Position numbers and translations under genes: made by a program. DNA of 64,000 nucleotides from an uncultured Bdellovibrionales bacterium (GTDB lineage Bacteria > Bdellovibrionota > UBA1018 > CAIPTA01): the NCBI GenBank assembly GCA_964612065.1, contig CAZTCD010000007.1:5563-69562 (forward strand). Direction: 5' to 3'. The notes under the pieces were generated by a model. That model searched no databases, was not told the DNA's origin, and saw nothing but the letters and a program-made list of their open reading frames with translations. Shown here one piece after another: positions 59,257-64,000 of this stretch. Every line of letters begins with the position of its first letter. Position 1 is the stretch's first letter.

Positions 59257-60750
59257 ATGAAATCCGTAATACAGAAACATACGATCACCCTTACCCTGGC
59301 CGCCGCGCTCTTCGCGCCGAGTGCCTTCGCCAGTAGAAATGCCGGCTCACTGATGCAGGAAGTGTTCAAAGAAGTGCAGCCTGATGCCAACATGAGCTTG
59401 CTCGAAGACGCTCAGGCCCGTGGTATCAACTGGGCCCAGCCGCCCGTGGGCTGCGTGGAAGAGATGGTGCCTCACCGCTCGGAGCGCCCCTGCCCGGATT
59501 TCTCTCGGGTGCGTAACCCCAATTCCGACTGGCCTTCCAATATGTCCTCCCAGGAGAAGGCTTACTGGTGGCGGGAACGCCGCGGAATCTCCGTTTGCCG
59601 TGCGGAAGAAGTGCTTCGCCGCGAACGCCGGCGCCCGGGCAGCCAGTCCAAGATTCAGGTGGAGCTCGCCTGGATGACCGTGGACTCCCTCCGCGATAAC
59701 GAAACCAAAGTAAATGCCGTTTACGAAGGCGCCCGCGCCCACGGCATTCCGCTCCAGGTGCTCACCGGCGCGCTTTACCAGGAGTCCATGTTCGCGCAGC
59801 TCGGCATCGCCGACGACGGCGGCAACTTCTCCTGCGGCATGCAGCAGGGCAACCTCATCGGCTGGTGCTCCTATATGAACAAGCAGAGCCCTGAGATGAA
59901 AACCGCCATGGGCTGGCCGCAGGAGGAAGTGAAGTGCTTCTATACTGCGGAAGAGCTCGAGCAGAATCCCAACCCCACCAAGGTGGTGGAGCTGGAGTTC
60001 ATTCGCCCGCTTTATAATATTGCGAAAACCCGTCTCCGCGGCCTTCCGCTCTACCGTTTGAACAAGACCCATTTCCAGGGCATCACGCTTTCACAGGTGG
60101 AAAGAGCCTGGCCTGCGGCCGATCGGGCCACCAACGAAAAGCGCCTCCAGCTGATCCAGAGTTTCATCAACAACTGTGATGATCCTCGCATCGGGATTCT
60201 GCAGAAGGCCAATGAGCTCAAGCTCGTTTACGACATCCACGTTTCCGATACCGGATTTGCTCCCAAAGACCGTTACGCCGCTGGCGAGAAGTTCGAGCGG
60301 CAGTGCCGTGAGCCTCAGGTGGGCGATGCCTATCCCCTCCACACCGGCTGGCTGATGGTGATCGCTTCCTATAACGGCGGCCCGCGCGCTATCGATGCGG
60401 CTGCCGCCTATGAAGGCTGGGGCCTCGATGATCTCCGCAATCCCGAGAAGATGAAGAACTATACGCCGATCGATCTCGTGCGTGGCCTCTACTGGGGCGG
60501 CAAGTACAACTCCTCCAACGATCTGATCGAGTTCCCCTGGCTGAAGCGCCCCGGCGTTACCCGCCAGTGGCCTTTTTTCAAGGCATGCGTGGCTCAGCGG
60601 CATATCGCGCGGGTTATGCAACACGTAACCCTCACCCCCGACTACTTCGTGGATACTCTCGAAGGAAGCTGGGGCTGCAAGCGCGGCTCTTTCCCGAGCG
60701 GGCCGAGCGGCACGCCTCCGCAGCGGCAGAGAAGCAGCGGGCGCAGATAA
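59257..60750 (+). CDS. secreted protein with an SLT-like lytic transglycosylase core
   Basis: Signal peptide MKSVIQKHTITLTLAAALFAPSAFA. LTGALYQESMFAQLG...FSCGMQQ resembles the catalytic ES...GLMQ block, followed by VIASYNGGPRA (AYNxG). Confidence 0.65.
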   Translation: MKSVIQKHTITLTLAAALFAPSAFASRNAGSLMQEVFKEVQPDANMSLLEDAQARGINWAQPPVGCVEEMVPHRSERPCPDFSRVRNPNSDWPSNMSSQEKAYWWRERRGISVCRAEEVLRRERRRPGSQSKIQVELAWMTVDSLRDNETKVNAVYEGARAHGIPLQVLTGALYQESMFAQLGIADDGGNFSCGMQQGNLIGWCSYMNKQSPEMKTAMGWPQEEVKCFYTAEELEQNPNPTKVVELEFIRPLYNIAKTRLRGLPLYRLNKTHFQGITLSQVERAWPAADRATNEKRLQLIQSFINNCDDPRIGILQKANELKLVYDIHVSDTGFAPKDRYAAGEKFERQCREPQVGDAYPLHTGWLMVIASYNGGPRAIDAAAAYEGWGLDDLRNPEKMKNYTPIDLVRGLYWGGKYNSSNDLIEFPWLKRPGVTRQWPFFKACVAQRHIARVMQHVTLTPDYFVDTLEGSWGCKRGSFPSGPSGTPPQRQRSSGRR

Positions 60751-60762
60751 TGTCTGTGTGAA

Positions 60763-60804
60763 CAAAGGCAAGGCCTCGCTCGAAGGAGCGGGGCCTTTGT
60801 TTTT
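60763..60804 (+). terminator. rho-independent terminator (possibly bidirectional)
   Basis: caaaggc...gcctttg are the outer arms of a long imperfect hairpin (inner cctcgctc/gagcgggg), followed by ttttt. It sits between convergent genes. Confidence 0.6.
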
Positions 60805-60827
60805 GGAACAGATGTGGAATGTAGGAG

Positions 60828-63128
60828 TTAGTCTCTAGGCAGCTTACGCACTCTCATCCCGCGGTAGACGGGCCATACCACCATGCAAATCACATACATG
60901 GCCACTTGGCCCAGCACGGAGATCCAGGCGATGCCTTTGAGCATGCCAGCCTGAGCGAAGAAAAGGGATCCGAAGCCGATGATGGTGGTGAGCATGGAGA
61001 GCTGCACGGCCTGGGCCACGAATCTCGCGCTAGGGAAGCCGCCATAGCCTTCCCGCTCCCGGTGCCTCACGTGCACGCCCATATCGATACCGGCGCCGAG
61101 CACTGCGGGCACCATGGCGATATTGAGGATGGAGAAGCGCTCTCCCACCAGGCCCATGAAAGCCACGAGGAGGAAGATGCCGGAGATGAGCTGGAGCTCG
61201 AGATCGATGGCGTCCCAGAGATTGCCGAAATCGAGGCCCATTACGAAGAAAGCGCCCACCAGGAACACAATCAGAATGATGAGCCCATCGTGGGTGATGT
61301 GGTCGAGGATCTCAGTGAAAATGCGCACATCGGATCCGATACGGGCGCCTGGGAACTTGTTTCGAAGCTCCACCAGCAGGCGGGAGAAAGAGCGCATATT
61401 CTCCGCCTGGTCCAGATCCTTGGCGGGATAGGTGAGAACGATGTTGCCGCTTTTGCCGAAGGCCTCGTTCAGCTGCGGTGGAAGATCGCTGCGCTTGTGA
61501 GGCTTGGTGGCGAGGAGGCGGCGCACGTCTCCCGCGTTCATACCCGTTTTCGCCTGCAGCTCGCTATCACTCAGCCGATCGAGGCGTTTGTGGAGGCGTT
61601 CGATATCCTCGTAGCGATCTTCCATGTCTCTCGGAAGAAGGCGGTGCAGGGATACAGCGTTGTCCACCTCTTCCTTTTGCCCCGCTTCCCGCAACCAAAG
61701 CTCGATCTCGCGGGCCTGGTTGATGTCTTTGGCCAGCACCGCGGCTGGGGTGAAGGAGCGGCCGAAGATCGAATCCACGAACTCGTGGCGCTCCACGGTT
61801 TCCTTGGTGAGATTGTGCATGCGCTTGAAGTTGTATTCGAACTCGGCCTGGCTCACGCCCCAGCAGCAGAGAAGAATGAAGGGCGGGATCAGCCACCGGA
61901 ACACCTTGCGGTTGATCGGATAGATCCCGAAAAGCTCGCGCACTTTGCCGAAGCGGATCTGTTTTCCGAGGCCTGCGGCCATGGCCGGGAACACCAGCAT
62001 ATAGACGCAGTAAATGGAGAGGATGCCCACGCCTGCGATTTTTCCAAGCTCGGAGAATCCGCGGAAATCGGAAAAGGAAAGAATCAGGAAGGCCGCGGAA
62101 GACGTAACCGCGGCGGAGCCGAGGGCGCGGCCCGTTTGCAGGTAAGAATTGGCGGTGGCTTCGGCCCGGCTTTTTCCCGAGAGAAGCTCCTGGGTGAAAC
62201 GCCGGATGAGGTGCACGCCATACTCCACGCCCAGGCCGCCGAGGATGGCGAGCAGGAAGCCGGTGAGGATATTGATCTGGCCCACGAACGCGTGCGCGGC
62301 GCCTATGGTCCACGCCATGGCCACCGTTACCGCAAGCACGGTAAAAATCGAACCGCGGAAAGTGCCCATGCCCACGATCAGCACCAGCGCGATGCCGATC
62401 GTAGAGATAAGAGAGGTCTTGGAGATATCGCTCTCGATCTGGAGGGTGTCGTTTACCTTGTCCACATAGCGGCCCACCAGCTCGAAGGGGAGGGCGGGGA
62501 AGTCCTGCTTGAGAGCATTGCGCACGTCTTCCACGAGAGCGCGTGACCGGCCCAGGTCTTCCGAGTCGAACCCGGGCTTGGCGAGGAGCATGGCATAGCG
62601 TTTGTCTTTGGAGAGGAAATAGCGGTCGCGGTTCTGCTGGCCAAAGCGGGAAAGACGGTTCTTGGCTTTGCGGAGGTTGGCTTTGCGCTCGCCCTCGGTT
62701 TCCAGGCCGAGATCGATCATGCCTTTTTTGCCGTCGTTGAGGATGATGCGGCCGGCATCGAGAAGATCATTGAACTCGCGTTCGGGGAGAAGATAAAGCG
62801 CGCGGTCGCGGAGCAGGTATTCTTCCCGTTCGTGGAAGGTGTATTTGATCTCAGGGTTTTTCCTGAGTTTCCCGGCGATCGGAGCAAGCACCTTTTCCGG
62901 GCTTTCCATCGGGCCCACCAGCACGATGAGATACCCTACGCCGCCCACTTCCTGGCTCACGGCTTCGAGATCTTTTACGCTCTCTCTGTCTTCCGGAAGA
63001 AGATCCGCCAAGGAAAGGCGAATGGGCAGATCGGTGCCTTGGCTCAATCCGAGCGCGCCGATCAGAATAGCCACAATGAGACCCACCCAGCGGTGACGCA
63101 GGTTCCAGCGAAGCACTTTTTCAAACAT
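60828..63128 (-). CDS. MMPL/RND-superfamily exporter
   Basis: 766 aa with two 6-TM bundles, each preceded by a large periplasmic loop. The sterol-sensing-like TM blocks are typical of the MMPL/HpnN-type. Confidence 0.8.
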   Translation of the reverse strand: MFEKVLRWNLRHRWVGLIVAILIGALGLSQGTDLPIRLSLADLLPEDRESVKDLEAVSQEVGGVGYLIVLVGPMESPEKVLAPIAGKLRKNPEIKYTFHEREEYLLRDRALYLLPEREFNDLLDAGRIILNDGKKGMIDLGLETEGERKANLRKAKNRLSRFGQQNRDRYFLSKDKRYAMLLAKPGFDSEDLGRSRALVEDVRNALKQDFPALPFELVGRYVDKVNDTLQIESDISKTSLISTIGIALVLIVGMGTFRGSIFTVLAVTVAMAWTIGAAHAFVGQINILTGFLLAILGGLGVEYGVHLIRRFTQELLSGKSRAEATANSYLQTGRALGSAAVTSSAAFLILSFSDFRGFSELGKIAGVGILSIYCVYMLVFPAMAAGLGKQIRFGKVRELFGIYPINRKVFRWLIPPFILLCCWGVSQAEFEYNFKRMHNLTKETVERHEFVDSIFGRSFTPAAVLAKDINQAREIELWLREAGQKEEVDNAVSLHRLLPRDMEDRYEDIERLHKRLDRLSDSELQAKTGMNAGDVRRLLATKPHKRSDLPPQLNEAFGKSGNIVLTYPAKDLDQAENMRSFSRLLVELRNKFPGARIGSDVRIFTEILDHITHDGLIILIVFLVGAFFVMGLDFGNLWDAIDLELQLISGIFLLVAFMGLVGERFSILNIAMVPAVLGAGIDMGVHVRHREREGYGGFPSARFVAQAVQLSMLTTIIGFGSLFFAQAGMLKGIAWISVLGQVAMYVICMVVWPVYRGMRVRKLPRD

Positions 63129-63277
63129 AGGCAGGAACCTACCACCGCCCTATCGCCTCGGGCAAACGGTCGAAAATATTTATGTTTGTGAGTGCCGCAC
63201 TTTCGCTTGGTGCGGCACGGAAAAGCTCGCCTTGACGAGCTTTGCGCTTTGGAGGACAAAAACCAGGGGGTTTCCAA

Positions 63278-63646
63278 ATGAGCAGACGGGATACCATCGA
63301 TATCACGATCGAAAAAACCTACCGCCGCCATTCCGGTTGGAGCTTCGGCCTGGTGATGATCGGCCTCGGCTGCCTGTTTTTGCTGAAAAACTACGGCTAT
63401 CCCATGCCCGAAAACTGGTGGGCCTTTTTCCTTTTGATCCCCGCGATCCCGAGCCTTACCCGAGCTCTGCTTTTGGCCCGCCGCGGAGAGGGAAAGGAAG
63501 CGCTTCGCCCCCTGGCCCGGGCTTTCATCTTTTCTTTTCTGGCGGCCGGCTTCCTTTTGGACTGGGACTGGGCGCAGATCTGGCCCGTATTCCTGATCGT
63601 GGGCGGCGTGGGGATCATCGCCACCGCCAGAGACAAAGCCTTCTAG
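63278..63646 (+). CDS. small membrane protein (LiaF/DUF5668-like TM domain)
   Basis: ATG 63278. Three to four hydrophobic helices (GLVMIGLGCLFLLKNYGY, WWAFFLLIPAIPSL, FIFSFLAAGFLL, WPVFLIVGGVGII). The family call is weak. Confidence 0.5.
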   Translation: MSRRDTIDITIEKTYRRHSGWSFGLVMIGLGCLFLLKNYGYPMPENWWAFFLLIPAIPSLTRALLLARRGEGKEALRPLARAFIFSFLAAGFLLDWDWAQIWPVFLIVGGVGIIATARDKAF

Positions 63647-63786
63647 GGCTCGGGGCATTTCGCACTGTCTTTTTCGGTGAGCGGGCCGATTCGTTCCGCT
63701 TTCGCCCCAAATCCGCCTGAAATTCATCGGTACGTGAATTGCTCTCTCGCTGGCGGGAAATCCGCAAAACCCAAGAAGGAGAAGCA

Positions 63787-64000
63787 ATGAAGCAACAATC
63801 TGTAACCGGACGTATCGTGAGAAATGTGAACCGTGTGCTCGAGGTGATTCCTCGCACGATGAACAAAGACGCCGAGGTAATCAGCCTCGATTTCAAGAAG
63901 CCGCGCAAGCGCAAGAAAGCTGCGGCGAAATCCCGGGGCGGGCGAAAAACGATGAAGGGCACCGAGCGCAACAGGCGCGTAACCACTACCAGCACCAGAA
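63787..64000 (+). CDS. hypothetical basic protein, 3'-truncated by the window end
   Basis: ATG follows AAGGAG at good spacing, and the frame is open to the window end (MKQQSVTGRIVRNVNRVLEVIPRTMNKDAEVISLDFKKPRKRKKAAAKSRGG...). It is not in the track because no stop is reached. Confidence 0.4.
   Translation, partial: MKQQSVTGRIVRNVNRVLEVIPRTMNKDAEVISLDFKKPRKRKKAAAKSRGGRKTMKGTERNRRVTTTSTR

Noticed and set aside
60906-62546. 546-codon plus-strand ORF opposite the MMPL exporter
   Set aside because: It is antisense to a 12-TM transporter gene. The translation is His/Glu/Gly/Ala-rich and non-membrane. Shadow ORF.

Overview
This is a 64-kb window of GC-rich chromosomal DNA (roughly 60% G+C by eye, not computed). 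It comes from a diderm bacterium, judged by lipoproteins, beta-barrel outer-membrane proteins, mreCD-mrdA-rodA and sigma-54-type promoters. The gene content is reminiscent of Bdellovibrionota/Myxococcota-like lineages, but that cannot be proven from the sequence alone. I support about 55 protein genes, one tRNA-His(GUG) and one c-di-AMP (ydaO/kimA-class) riboswitch. I saw no rRNA, CRISPR array, transposase or integrase. Housekeeping genes are rlmN, a TIGR01212-type radical-SAM gene, mreC-mreD-mrdA-rodA, a PpiD-like chaperone, an adenylating enzyme plus carrier protein, an HD phosphohydrolase, a PduO-type adenosyltransferase, a 5'-nucleotidase, prkA, an RluD-like synthase, lepB, a HAD phosphatase, archaeal-type aspS, a gluQ-like gene, an L,D-transpeptidase, an EamA transporter, kimA, a NUDIX hydrolase and an MMPL/RND exporter. 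Five things deserve a second look. (1) An AT-richer island of about 8 kb lies directly 3' of tRNA-His. It carries a cold-shock-domain gene, a single-chain type IIG restriction-modification enzyme, a class-II Fic protein, and a split, reverse-order Hip module (a HipT-like core kinase followed by a HipS-like::HTH fusion). (2) A CotH / DUF4956 / MFP-DUF3616 fusion / VTC-domain gene cluster has a shared palindrome upstream of both of its transcription units. (3) A structured 34-bp repeat element sits between mreD and mrdA, with mutually exclusive hairpins and a 58-codon ORF whose stop overlaps the mrdA start. (4) Near-consensus sigma-54 promoters, one with a TGT-N11-ACA palindrome upstream, precede small secreted proteins. 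(5) An 858-bp gene-poor spacer between aspS and gluQ contains 11-bp tandem repeats, DnaA-box-like words, an AT-rich tract and a long palindrome. Many long ORFs in the track are antisense shadows typical of GC-rich DNA and were not annotated.
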